In this document: positions 1 through 8,431 of the stretch, in pieces
Layout: each line of letters starts with the position of its first letter
Numbering within the stretch: position 1 is the stretch's first letter
Virus record (IMG/VR): IMGVR_UViG_3300027628_000013
Length of the DNA stretch: 64,000 nucleotides
From: a virus
Lineage: Duplodnaviria; Heunggongvirae; Uroviricota; Caudoviricetes; Herelleviridae
Reading direction: 5' to 3' (one strand)
Translations under genes and position numbers: made by a program
Notes under the pieces: generated by a model
The model's input: only the letters and a program-made list of their open reading frames with translations
Databases searched by the model: none
Told to the model about the DNA's origin: nothing

Positions 1-978
1 GGTAAGGGTCAAAGTAAGGCTAGAATCAATTCATTCGCTTTAGAGTGGCTTAAGTACATGAAACAAAAGACAGGTATCACACCTATGCTCTATACCATGT
101 ACGGATTCTTCCCTAACTTCTCTAGCAAAGAACTAGCAAATTACCCCCTTTGGATTGCTAGATACTATGACAAGGCTAACCCAGGGAACTCTAGTATTTG
201 GTCTAAATGGTCTATGTTCCAATACTCAGACAAGGGTTCTGTCAAGGGTATTAAGGGAAATGTTGATGTTAATGCTATGAGTGCTGATTTCTTTAAGCTA
301 ATTGACACAGGTGTTTCTTACGTAGCAGATGCTAACCCTCCTTCATCTTTTCGCAAGGGTGATAGTGGTTTAGGTGTTAAGGAATTACAGCAAGACTTGA
401 TGAAAGTCGGCTATAAACTTCCTAAGTACGGAGCAGATGGTGGATACGGTGATGAAACTGTAGAAGCTGTTAAAAAGTTCCAAGCTGACAATAAGCTTAC
501 TTCTGATGGTATTGCAGGTGAAAAGACCCTTGCTTTACTAGCAGACAAGGTTATTGAAGCAGAGAAGCCAGCAAACCTACCCCCTGTAACTTCTTTAGGA
601 GATAAGTATTCATTCCAAGTGAAAGCTAACGTTGATACTGGAGTATATACTTATGCTGACTTATCTAAGAAGAACCGTGTTATCTCTAAAGATACAGTAT
701 TCTCTGTGTACGGTTACACAACTTCTGCATATGCAGTAGGTGGCGGTGGATTCGTTAAACGTAACGAAGTTACACCATTACCAGTAACTATCACTACTGG
801 AGGGCTAAGCAAGGATATGGAAGCTGAGTTCAGAGCATTCCTTAAGGATGCTGGTATTGATACTGACCTCAACGTACATGCTGAGGGTAATCCTAGTGCA
901 ACCCTAACAGTAGCAGGTCTTCAACTAGTATTAGTAAGACATTTCCTTGATAACAAGGGATGGTACTACAAAAATTAA
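1..978 (+). CDS. Endolysin, 5'-truncated by the window edge: GH25-type muramidase C-terminus, then a PG_binding_1 peptidoglycan-binding repeat, then a C-terminal domain
   Basis: The reading frame is open from nt 1. GH25-like motifs YTMYGFF, LWIARY, FQYSDKG.VKGIKGNVDVN are present. The PG_binding_1-like stretch GDSGLGVKELQQDLMKVGYKLPKYGADGGYGDETVEAVKKFQADNKLTSDGIAGEKTL is present. Two terminators follow. Confidence 0.75.
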   Translation, partial: GKGQSKARINSFALEWLKYMKQKTGITPMLYTMYGFFPNFSSKELANYPLWIARYYDKANPGNSSIWSKWSMFQYSDKGSVKGIKGNVDVNAMSADFFKLIDTGVSYVADANPPSSFRKGDSGLGVKELQQDLMKVGYKLPKYGADGGYGDETVEAVKKFQADNKLTSDGIAGEKTLALLADKVIEAEKPANLPPVTSLGDKYSFQVKANVDTGVYTYADLSKKNRVISKDTVFSVYGYTTSAYAVGGGGFVKRNEVTPLPVTITTGGLSKDMEAEFRAFLKDAGIDTDLNVHAEGNPSATLTVAGLQLVLVRHFLDNKGWYYKN

Positions 979-984
979 TGGGGA

Positions 985-1005
985 GGGGCAAAAGCCCCTT
1001 TTTAT
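985..1005 (+). terminator. Rho-independent terminator (GGGGC-AAAA-GCCCC + TTTTTAT)
   Basis: Perfect 5-bp GC stem with a tetraloop, followed by a T-run immediately after the endolysin stop codon. Confidence 0.6.
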
Positions 1006-1050
1006 CATGGGGTGTTGTAACCCCACCACCAATTTAGTTCTCTCTGGAAA

Positions 1051-1085
1051 AGCCTAGTGTTCCCCATACACTAGGCTTCTTTTTA
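1051..1085 (+). terminator. Second, tandem rho-independent terminator (AGCCTAGTGT / ACACTAGGCT 10-bp stem + TTCTTTTTAT)
   Basis: Perfect 10-bp inverted repeat with a 7-nt loop and a T-run. Confidence 0.65.
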
Positions 1086-1299
1086 TGGATTTGAACTAAT
1101 GAAATATCAGACCCCTTAAAACCTCCTCAGAGGGATTTCCAAGGCTTCAAAGATTTTCACCTTTGAAGGAAACTTTGGAAGCAAACTGCATGGAAGTCGT
1201 GTAGCCAAAATCCTTGTTTGGTCTGAATGTTCAGGGATAATTTTCTCAGAGTATCATGGAGCTCTCACTTTCTATATATTATTAATAGGAGGTGATAAT

Positions 1300-1626
1300 A
1301 TGTCTGAATACAGAGAACTTGGTTTGGCTACTTATGGTGATAAATGTGAAATCTGCGGTCATAGTATGGTAGAGGTTCACCATATCAACTATAAGTTGCA
1401 CCAACAAGAAGAGGATAGAATTAGGAAGGCTATTAAGAAAGGTGAGCCTATCGATCAGCTAATAGATAATGCTAAAAAACTGGGTTTTCAGTATTGGGAT
1501 GGTCATGATTTAGAGAAAGACAACAGCTCTACGAACTTATCCGTACTTTGTTCTAACTGCCATACACTGATACATAGATTGGATGCAGGTATGTCTCTAT
1601 TGAAAGTCCTATCTGAACGTAAATAA
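1300..1626 (+). CDS. HNH endonuclease (free-standing, homing-endonuclease-like)
   Basis: RBS GGAGGTG upstream. Motifs CEICGH..VEVHHI and CSNCHTLIH form an HNH zinc-finger nuclease motif. Confidence 0.7.
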   Translation: MSEYRELGLATYGDKCEICGHSMVEVHHINYKLHQQEEDRIRKAIKKGEPIDQLIDNAKKLGFQYWDGHDLEKDNSSTNLSVLCSNCHTLIHRLDAGMSLLKVLSERK

Positions 1627-1799
1627 CTGTAGTGAGGTGGTCTTTGGGCTACCTCATTTCCTATTTCTCCCCACAAACTTTCTCTCCTGCGTATGGCTTC
1701 GCCAATAAAAAATTTAAAAATAATTTATTAAAAAAGTATTCTTTAAAAACTTTTCTCCTTTAAAAATAAATTAATTACTTTTTAATACTCTTTTTAGTA

Positions 1800-1826
1800 T
1801 TTAAATAGTACTTCGTACTATTTAAA
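1800..1826 (+). promoter_or_regulatory. Perfect 12-bp-stem hairpin TTTAAATAGTAC-TTC-GTACTATTTAAA in an AT-rich 300-bp intergenic region; likely regulatory (terminator, processing or operator site)
   Basis: Seen directly in sequence. The same architecture and the same TAC-TTC-GTA centre recur at 47184-47210. Confidence 0.35.
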
Positions 1827-1933
1827 GGGAAATCCGCCATAGGAACTCCTACCCCAGTACTCAGTCTCCATACAATGTAGCAGAAAACTTTGGACTTTGG
1901 GATTTTTTCATTCAAAGGGAGGATGATTGCTAC

Positions 1934-2905
1934 ATGACAGTTAGACATTGGGAACACGTTGAGGAAGTACACGTACTAGACTATAAGAAATTTCTTGACC
2001 ACGGTATATCTATTACTACACAAGCTAGCCTTCCTGCTAACACAGCAGTTCTTATTCAAGCTATAGGTTACAAGCAGTTAGAAGGGGTATACGTTGAGAA
2101 GCTACGTTCTATCAGACCGTTAACTAATAAATCAGCTCCTAATAGAGACTTAAGACTATATCTTGATGCTATAAATAACCCAGACATTACTATGTTAGCA
2201 ATAGATGGGCTGATGGGCTCAGGTAAGACAAGTACCATTATCAAACATCTTATTGAGGAAAACCTAAAGGATGTAAAGATTGATAGGTCTAGTCCTGATG
2301 AACCAAGCCATAGCAGAGCGGAAAGACCTAGAACGTTTAAGATGCCTGTAGATGGTGAGAAGAAACATAATAAAGAGGGTACAGCTAAACGTAAAGTCCT
2401 GATTGCTAAACCTTATGTAAATGCTTCAGGTGAGGAATACGGATTCCTACCAGGGGATATTGACCAAAAGCTTGACCCTACCTTAGAGAACTTCATACAG
2501 TACTTTAACAGATGGCACCCTGCTGGGTATGATTTACTAAAACTAAACGGATATATCGACGTTATGCCTTTAGGCTTCATACGTGGTATGGACGTGGAGA
2601 ACATGGACATAGTGGCAGATGAGTGTCAGAATACTAGCGAGCTTATTTCCCTAGCTACTAGAAAAGCTAACAATTCTCGAATATTCTTTTTAGGGGATAC
2701 AAGTCCCTTCCAAATTGACCGAGTTGGTAATACGCCTAAGAAGAATGGTCTACGTGATTTAATAGACCTATTACAAGGTGCCCCATACTTTCAGTATATT
2801 GAGATGCAGTCTTTAGAACATATCGTGCGTAGCCACGAGACTAAAGACATTGTGCGCAGATTGTTTAAGAAGCATGGGGAAGACCCTAAGGAATGGGTCA
2901 TCTAA
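1934..2905 (+). CDS. phoH: PhoH-like P-loop ATPase
   Basis: Walker A AIDGLMGSGKTSTI is present. Size and architecture are typical of phage PhoH-family proteins. RBS AGGGAGG. Confidence 0.65.
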   Translation: MTVRHWEHVEEVHVLDYKKFLDHGISITTQASLPANTAVLIQAIGYKQLEGVYVEKLRSIRPLTNKSAPNRDLRLYLDAINNPDITMLAIDGLMGSGKTSTIIKHLIEENLKDVKIDRSSPDEPSHSRAERPRTFKMPVDGEKKHNKEGTAKRKVLIAKPYVNASGEEYGFLPGDIDQKLDPTLENFIQYFNRWHPAGYDLLKLNGYIDVMPLGFIRGMDVENMDIVADECQNTSELISLATRKANNSRIFFLGDTSPFQIDRVGNTPKKNGLRDLIDLLQGAPYFQYIEMQSLEHIVRSHETKDIVRRLFKKHGEDPKEWVI

Positions 2906-2916
2906 CAGAGGTTCTA

Positions 2917-2950
2917 AAAGGTGGGGTCTATGGCTCCACCTTTGTTAATG
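2917..2950 (+). terminator. Weak terminator-like hairpin (AAAGGTGG / CCACCTTT 8-bp stem)
   Basis: Inverted repeat directly after the PhoH stop. Only a weak T tract follows. Confidence 0.3.
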
Positions 2951-2968
2951 TTATAAGGAGGAGATAAT

Positions 2969-3172
2969 ATGGCACAAAAGCTAACAAAATTACAACTTAT
3001 TACAGGAAACGCATACACAGAATTGCCTGTAGGTGAAGTTCGTACTTATTTGCAAGGTGGTCAGAAGGGTGGCACTATCTACGGATATACGGACACTACT
3101 ATGGCTGTCCGAATTGTGATTGCAGTACATGCAATTGAGTACATTTATGCTGACCAAGTTGACCCTACCTAA
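2969..3172 (+). CDS. Hypothetical protein (67 aa)
   Basis: Strong RBS AAGGAGGAG with 7-nt spacing to the ATG. Confidence 0.5.
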   Translation: MAQKLTKLQLITGNAYTELPVGEVRTYLQGGQKGGTIYGYTDTTMAVRIVIAVHAIEYIYADQVDPT

Positions 3173-3362
3173 ACAATAGGAGACACATAGGGATTTGGGT
3201 TGCAGGGAGAATAAACTGAATTTATAAATTACGAATGTCTGCTGGGTTAGATGGTATTCCTATCTATACTCAGGAGACAATTTTTGTCCCTTCGGTTTAT
3301 TTAAAGTGCAATGGTTCCAACCAGTGTACAACCATAGGATTACATTTAGGAGGAATGGGTCA

Positions 3363-5825
3363 ATGTCATTCAAGTTTACAGAAGAACAACTACAACCATA
3401 TAAAGAAAAGGTAGCTCCCTTTGGAATTATTGGAGCACCAACGTATAAAAGAACATACTCACGTGTTATTGATAAGAACGGTGTAGTAAGACGTGAGGAC
3501 TGGGTGGATACTATTTCACGTGTTATTGAGGGTAACGTGAATCTAGGTATTGAGAATAATGACCCAACTGCTACAGAAGAATGGGCTTTAGAGGCTCTTG
3601 AATACTTTTTCCATATGGGAGTTATGCCTCCTGGACGTGGATACTGGATGATGGGTACAGAATATGCCGCTAACCGTGGTGGAGATGCCCTTAATAACTG
3701 CTGGTATACTTCTGTTAGACCACAGAGCTATGAGAATATTGAGATGTTTGCTAACCAACCATACATCTATTCACACCCTGAGAAGAAAATGCCTTCATAC
3801 CCATTTGTGTTTATGTTTGATAGAGCAATGCTAGGTGGAGGGGTTGGCTTTGGTGCAAACCGTAAGAATATCCGCCAAATTCCTAAGGTTTCTAGCAAAG
3901 TTAACCTGAAAATCTTCTTACATCATAGTCATCCCGACTGGAATCGTATTGTAAGTAGCGAAGAGTGGAGCCGTATTGAACCTTACGTCACTACTATTAA
4001 GGACTATGCTGAGAAAGCAAAAGAGAACGGAACATATTACTTTGCTACTGATGACCGTGAAGGCTGGAACATCTCAGTACGTGAAACTATTGATGCTCAC
4101 TTTAAAGAAGGAGTAACACACGGAGAAGTAGATTTGGTTATTGACCTGTCTCGTATCCGTCCTTATGATGCACTGATTAAGGGATTTGGTGGTACAGCTA
4201 GTGGTCCACTACCTCTTATCTCAGCTTTAGTAGATGTTAACAACATTCTTAATGAACGTTTAGGTAAGCGTATCAAGAGTGTAGATGCTTTAGACATGAT
4301 GAACTTATTAGGACGTTGTGTAGTTGCAGGTAACGTTAGACGTACTGCTCTTATAGCTTTAGGTGATGCAGACGATAAAGATTACACAGAAGCTAAAAAC
4401 TACATGTTGGTAGCTCCAATCGTTGACATTGAGTATGGTGAGTGGGGTTGGTATACTAATGAGTGGGGTCGTAAGACACAGAAACTTAAACCACGTGAAC
4501 AGGTTATTGAAGAAGAATGGGCTAAGTGGTTTGAGCAAGAGCATGTTATGGTTACTAGTAAAGAAGAGATGGATGAAGAGGAGCGCACTGGACTACAGCA
4601 ACGTATTGAAAGTTATGTAGACCATATGTACGATATGCACTTCAAACAAGACAATCACCGTTGGGCTTCTAACAACTCAGTATACACAAATGAGATGTTT
4701 AAAGACCATCACTTTATTGCCGCTGGTATTATTGCTAATGGTGAACCGGGAATAGGTAATGAATGGTTAATGAAGAATTATGGACGAATCATGGATGGCT
4801 TTAAGGAAGCTATTGATGCAGATGCAGAGGGCTTAAACCCATGTGCAGAGATTACGCTAGAGAACTGTGAGCCTTGTAACCTAGTTGAGTTCGTTCCTCT
4901 AATGTGTAAACGTTTTGGCTTAAACTTCAGAACAGCTCTACGAATTGCTACTGAATATACTTATCGTATCACGTTTGCTAAGTATATTTGGAAGGAAACA
5001 GCTAGAGTAATTGCTAAGAACAGACGTATTGGTGTATCAATCACTGGTGTTCAGGATTACTACCTAGAGGAATATGGTCACTACGCTCTTAAAGAGTTCA
5101 AGGATGGAGATATCACAGAGCCTATCTTCCACCAAGAAATCGTAGATGAGTTAGATGGATGGTATACAATTGTACAGGAAACTAACATTAAGCACGCTGA
5201 ACTAATGGGAGCTAACCCTTCTAAGAAGACTACAACAGTTAAGCCTTCTGGTACAGTAGCTAAGATGCCTGGAGTATCTAGTGGTATCCATTGGAACTAT
5301 GCACCTTATATGATTCAACGTATCAGATTCCATGAGACTGACCCTAACGTAGAAGTTATGAGAGCTTGTGGATTACCAGTAGAGAAAGCTATGAAAGAGC
5401 CTAATGCTGTAGTAGTTGAGTTCCCTGTTAAGAACGTTGGAGCAGATAACCCTAACTTCCGTAGCTCAGGTGACGTTTCATTAGAAGAACAGTTTGCTAA
5501 CCAATACTTGTTTGCATACGCTTGGGCTGATAATGCCGTATCAGCTACACTAACATTCAAGTTTGAAGAGACTGAGAAGATTGAACCACTACTAAAAGCA
5601 TATAACAACCGTATTAAGTCCACTTCCCTTTTACCTTATAGTGGTCACGGATATGTGCAAGCTCCTTGGGAGCCGATTACTAAAGAAGAGTACGAAAAAC
5701 GAGTTGCACAAATGGTAGCTACTCCTGAAGAAATGTATATGAAAATGGAACTTCCTGTACGTACTGAGAACGATGATGATTTACTAGACGCAGAGTGTGC
5801 AGGTGGAGCCTGCCCTACTAAGTAA
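3363..5825 (+). CDS. Ribonucleotide reductase catalytic (large) subunit; probably class II (B12-dependent, NrdJ-like), since no small subunit gene is adjacent
   Basis: Active-site region NPCAEITLENCEPCNLVE matches the NPCGEI...CNL thiyl/cysteine motifs. C-terminal redox cysteines CAGGACPTK are present. Length is about 820 aa. The start was reset to the ATG at 3363, behind an AGGAGG RBS. Confidence 0.7.
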   Translation: MSFKFTEEQLQPYKEKVAPFGIIGAPTYKRTYSRVIDKNGVVRREDWVDTISRVIEGNVNLGIENNDPTATEEWALEALEYFFHMGVMPPGRGYWMMGTEYAANRGGDALNNCWYTSVRPQSYENIEMFANQPYIYSHPEKKMPSYPFVFMFDRAMLGGGVGFGANRKNIRQIPKVSSKVNLKIFLHHSHPDWNRIVSSEEWSRIEPYVTTIKDYAEKAKENGTYYFATDDREGWNISVRETIDAHFKEGVTHGEVDLVIDLSRIRPYDALIKGFGGTASGPLPLISALVDVNNILNERLGKRIKSVDALDMMNLLGRCVVAGNVRRTALIALGDADDKDYTEAKNYMLVAPIVDIEYGEWGWYTNEWGRKTQKLKPREQVIEEEWAKWFEQEHVMVTSKEEMDEEERTGLQQRIESYVDHMYDMHFKQDNHRWASNNSVYTNEMFKDHHFIAAGIIANGEPGIGNEWLMKNYGRIMDGFKEAIDADAEGLNPCAEITLENCEPCNLVEFVPLMCKRFGLNFRTALRIATEYTYRITFAKYIWKETARVIAKNRRIGVSITGVQDYYLEEYGHYALKEFKDGDITEPIFHQEIVDELDGWYTIVQETNIKHAELMGANPSKKTTTVKPSGTVAKMPGVSSGIHWNYAPYMIQRIRFHETDPNVEVMRACGLPVEKAMKEPNAVVVEFPVKNVGADNPNFRSSGDVSLEEQFANQYLFAYAWADNAVSATLTFKFEETEKIEPLLKAYNNRIKSTSLLPYSGHGYVQAPWEPITKEEYEKRVAQMVATPEEMYMKMELPVRTENDDDLLDAECAGGACPTK

Positions 5826-5830
5826 GATAA

Positions 5831-5860
5831 GGGAGGTGCCTTTGGTACCTCCTATTTTAT
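5831..5860 (+). terminator. Terminator-like hairpin after the RNR gene (GGGAGGTGCC / GGTACCTCCT + ATTTTATT)
   Basis: 10-bp stem with two G-U pairs, followed by a T-rich tract. Confidence 0.4.
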
Positions 5861-5876
5861 TGGAGGAGGAGATAAT

Positions 5877-6068
5877 ATGTCATTTAGTATATTTTTCTTA
5901 ATTATAGCTTTTGGTATTACACTACCTGCTACAATAGTCCTAGTGGTAAACCTTTTATTGAAAGGAAGAAACGGAGATAATTATAATTTAAGCAGTCAAA
6001 AAATAGTAGTCCTATACCTTGTGAGCTTGGTAGGATGGGCTTATGTATTGGGGGTGTTTCTACGATGA
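5877..6068 (+). CDS. Small membrane protein (two predicted TM helices, 63 aa)
   Basis: RBS GGAGGAGGAG is present. The sequence is hydrophobic: FFLIIAFGITLPATIVLVVNLLL ... VVLYLVSLVGWAYVLGVF. Confidence 0.5.
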   Translation: MSFSIFFLIIAFGITLPATIVLVVNLLLKGRNGDNYNLSSQKIVVLYLVSLVGWAYVLGVFLR

Positions 6069-6220
6069 GGGAGACAGATAAAGGTAACTGGTATCCACAG
6101 ACCCAAAGCTTTAGCGATGAGCATAAGAAGAAGTCCTTAACAGAGGAAGAACGCATGCGTAAGCAACAGCAACCAAATACACTACAAAAGCGTATGGGGG
6201 ACTTTGACCTACGTAAATAG
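6065..6220 (+). CDS. Hypothetical small basic protein; ATGA start/stop overlap with the upstream gene
   Basis: Translational-coupling overlap ATGA at 6065-6068. Confidence 0.35.
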   Translation: MRETDKGNWYPQTQSFSDEHKKKSLTEEERMRKQQQPNTLQKRMGDFDLRK

Positions 6221-6231
6221 GAGGAATCACA

Positions 6232-6465
6232 ATGGCAGAAACTAACAATTCAGGATACACATTCCTTAAATGGAATGGGAATTACGGAGATGGAGCACGT
6301 TTTGTTGTAAGGAATAACGATACAGGGGAGCAGAGTATGTTTACCCCTGGTAGGACTCAAGACCTTGTATTCACCAAAGTAGACCTTGCTAGCCAACCTG
6401 AAATGGCTAACTGGAGTGATTTTGGAGAGGAAACTGTACAAGACTTAGAGGAAATTGCGTTTTAA
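6232..6465 (+). CDS. Hypothetical protein (77 aa)
   Basis: RBS AGGAGG is present. Codon usage is consistent with the neighbouring genes. Confidence 0.5.
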   Translation: MAETNNSGYTFLKWNGNYGDGARFVVRNNDTGEQSMFTPGRTQDLVFTKVDLASQPEMANWSDFGEETVQDLEEIAF

Positions 6466-6980
6466 TGAAGAATGAATATGAAATCAGAGGAGAGGATACT
6501 GTTATCTTTCTTAAGAAGAAGGATGGCACTATCCTTGAGACTCTGATAGATACCGCAGACCTTCCGTTGGCTCAGAGTATTAGGGGAACATGGTATGCTA
6601 ACTGGGACAAAGGCAGTAGCACCTACTATGTGAAAGCTGGAATATCTAGGGATGGCAAGGTGAAGAAGATACCTCTTCATAGATTCCTGTGTGGTGAGCC
6701 TAAGGGTCTTACCATTGACCATGAAAATCATGATACACTTGATAACAGGCGCTCCAGTAATCTAAGGGTACTTACTATAAAGCAGAATCAACAGAATAGG
6801 AAAACCCTTACGAAGAATGGAGAAAGAGGTTTACGTCAGGACAAAAGAAGTGGGAAATGGTACGGTCAAGTAAGAGTTGATGGTAAGTTACACCACACCC
6901 CTCACACAGAGGATAGGGATAAAGCCATCGAAGATGTAAGAGAGTTAAGGAAAAAGCTACTACCATATGCGTTGAACTAG
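6465..6980 (+). CDS. HNH endonuclease with a C-terminal AP2-like DNA-binding domain (homing-endonuclease-like)
   Basis: HNH_3-like motif LTIDHENHDTLDNRRSSNLRVLTIKQNQQNR, then AP2-like GLRQDKRSGKWYGQVRVDGKLHHTPHTEDRDKAIEDVRELRKKL. Paralog of 58596-59186. Confidence 0.7.
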   Translation: MKNEYEIRGEDTVIFLKKKDGTILETLIDTADLPLAQSIRGTWYANWDKGSSTYYVKAGISRDGKVKKIPLHRFLCGEPKGLTIDHENHDTLDNRRSSNLRVLTIKQNQQNRKTLTKNGERGLRQDKRSGKWYGQVRVDGKLHHTPHTEDRDKAIEDVRELRKKLLPYALN

Positions 6981-6983
6981 AAT

Positions 6984-7014
6984 TAGCCCTAACAATTGTT
7001 AGGGCTATTTTTAT
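6984..7014 (+). terminator. Rho-independent terminator (palindrome TAGCCCTAACAATTGTTAGGGCTA + TTTTTATTT)
   Basis: Perfect 10-bp stem with a 4-nt loop and a T-run. Confidence 0.6.
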
Positions 7015-7038
7015 TTAGAGAAGAATGGAGGTGTCCTT

Positions 7039-8430
7039 ATGGAATTATATATAGACCTAAGCAAAGGTATGAACACTGCTCAACTAGTCAAGAAACCGGT
7101 ACAGGTACACGGAAAGATGGGTAAGATGTTTACACGTATGCAGTGGGTTGACCCTAGAACTGGACAGCCTGTACATGAAGAGCATGGGGGTAAGGAAGAT
7201 GCCCACCACGACTTAGTACACAATAAGATGGACAGATTTGATAAGCTTGGTGTAGCTCAAAAGCTCGTAAACGAAAAGGAGCATAAAGCACACACAAACC
7301 AATTTCTTGACGCAACTGGATATAAAGGTGCTAGGGGAGAAGGCATATTAGACCAAGGGAAGATGAGAGACCACATTGCACAACACCTAGACAAGATGCC
7401 AATAAGCAGAATTAAGCCCCATGTACCAGCACACCTGAAACAGCACATGGTTGACTATGCAGAGCAGGAACAGCCTAAAGCTGGAGGTACCCCTCTTGGA
7501 CTTAAGCATACTGACCATGGATTACCTGAGGAAGAGGTAAAGAAACGACACGGTGAGGTAGGGGAGTTAGACACAAAATCCCTCACACAGGGCAAAGCAG
7601 TATGGTCAGTTAATGAATTTAAACATGCCTTTAGACAAGCTAAACACTCCATGGAGTACGACTTTGGTAAACGTCCTGAGCAGGTATGGGATGATACTAT
7701 GAGAGGTACAACCAAGGAAGGTTTAGAATCAGTATTCTCACACCCTAATGGAGACTACAGCGCCAAACTAACTGACGTTATGATGTACTCTGATGAGGTA
7801 GATGGGGAGATGGTGGGTCTATGTGAGGTAGGATTTGAGCTGTCAGGAGAGAAGGGTTCAGTAGGAACCATTACTAGGGCAGTAGGCAGAAAGCAAGATG
7901 GCTCTATGTATATCAAGAATGAGTTCTTGGAACTAAATGGTAATGCTCAAGGCAAAAGCCTAGCTAACAGTATATATGGACGGTCAGACCAGTTTTGGAG
8001 ACACCTATCTAATGGTAAGCCTGTATCAGTCAATCTTGAAGCTAACATTAGTGTAGGTGTCTACGCTTGGGCTAAGAAGGGCTTTGATTTTAAAACTCCT
8101 GATGGATTATCTCAGGCTAAGTCAGAATTGAAGGCTTTCTGTAAGAAGAATAAGATAGACGTTAATGAAGTCTTGGAGCATAGCGGTCATAAGTCGATAG
8201 ATGACCTGAAACATACTTGGGACTTTGCTACCCTAGACAACGGTAAGAAGTATGACCTCAATAGTGTTGCACCCGATATGTATAAAGGAGAGCTTAAAGG
8301 TGAGGGTCACTTTGGTAAAGCCTTCATGATAGGCGGTATGGAGCCTTGGGAAGGTAAGAAGACCCTTAACGATGACTCAGTACATGAAAAGGTACATGAT
8401 ATACATGAGAAGCACAAAGGAGGTCAATGA
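7039..8430 (+). CDS. His-rich hypothetical protein, member 1 of a three-gene paralog family that shares an N-terminal module
   Basis: N-terminal LYIDLSKGMNTAQLVKKPVQVHGKMGKMFTRMQWVDPRTGQPV is shared with the next two genes. His is abundant, often in a HxxxH pattern. Confidence 0.6.
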   Translation: MELYIDLSKGMNTAQLVKKPVQVHGKMGKMFTRMQWVDPRTGQPVHEEHGGKEDAHHDLVHNKMDRFDKLGVAQKLVNEKEHKAHTNQFLDATGYKGARGEGILDQGKMRDHIAQHLDKMPISRIKPHVPAHLKQHMVDYAEQEQPKAGGTPLGLKHTDHGLPEEEVKKRHGEVGELDTKSLTQGKAVWSVNEFKHAFRQAKHSMEYDFGKRPEQVWDDTMRGTTKEGLESVFSHPNGDYSAKLTDVMMYSDEVDGEMVGLCEVGFELSGEKGSVGTITRAVGRKQDGSMYIKNEFLELNGNAQGKSLANSIYGRSDQFWRHLSNGKPVSVNLEANISVGVYAWAKKGFDFKTPDGLSQAKSELKAFCKKNKIDVNEVLEHSGHKSIDDLKHTWDFATLDNGKKYDLNSVAPDMYKGELKGEGHFGKAFMIGGMEPWEGKKTLNDDSVHEKVHDIHEKHKGGQ

Positions 8431-8431
8431 T

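Noticed and set aside
1086-1299. Possible tRNA or small RNA in the 214-bp gap after the endolysin terminators
   Set aside because: No GTTCGAATC-like T-arm or cloverleaf could be formed. Only a simple 8-bp hairpin (CTTCAAAG / CTTTGAAG) is present.
1775-1972. 65-aa minus-strand ORF in the AT-rich intergenic region before phoH
   Set aside because: It lies in an 80% AT regulatory region, has no RBS and overlaps the palindromic hairpin. It is more likely non-coding.
3173-3362. Possible cobalamin riboswitch or NrdR operator upstream of the RNR gene
   Set aside because: I could not find a B12-box (GCCACTG-like) or a 16-bp NrdR palindrome by eye. Only generic short hairpins are present. This is left as a check rather than a feature.
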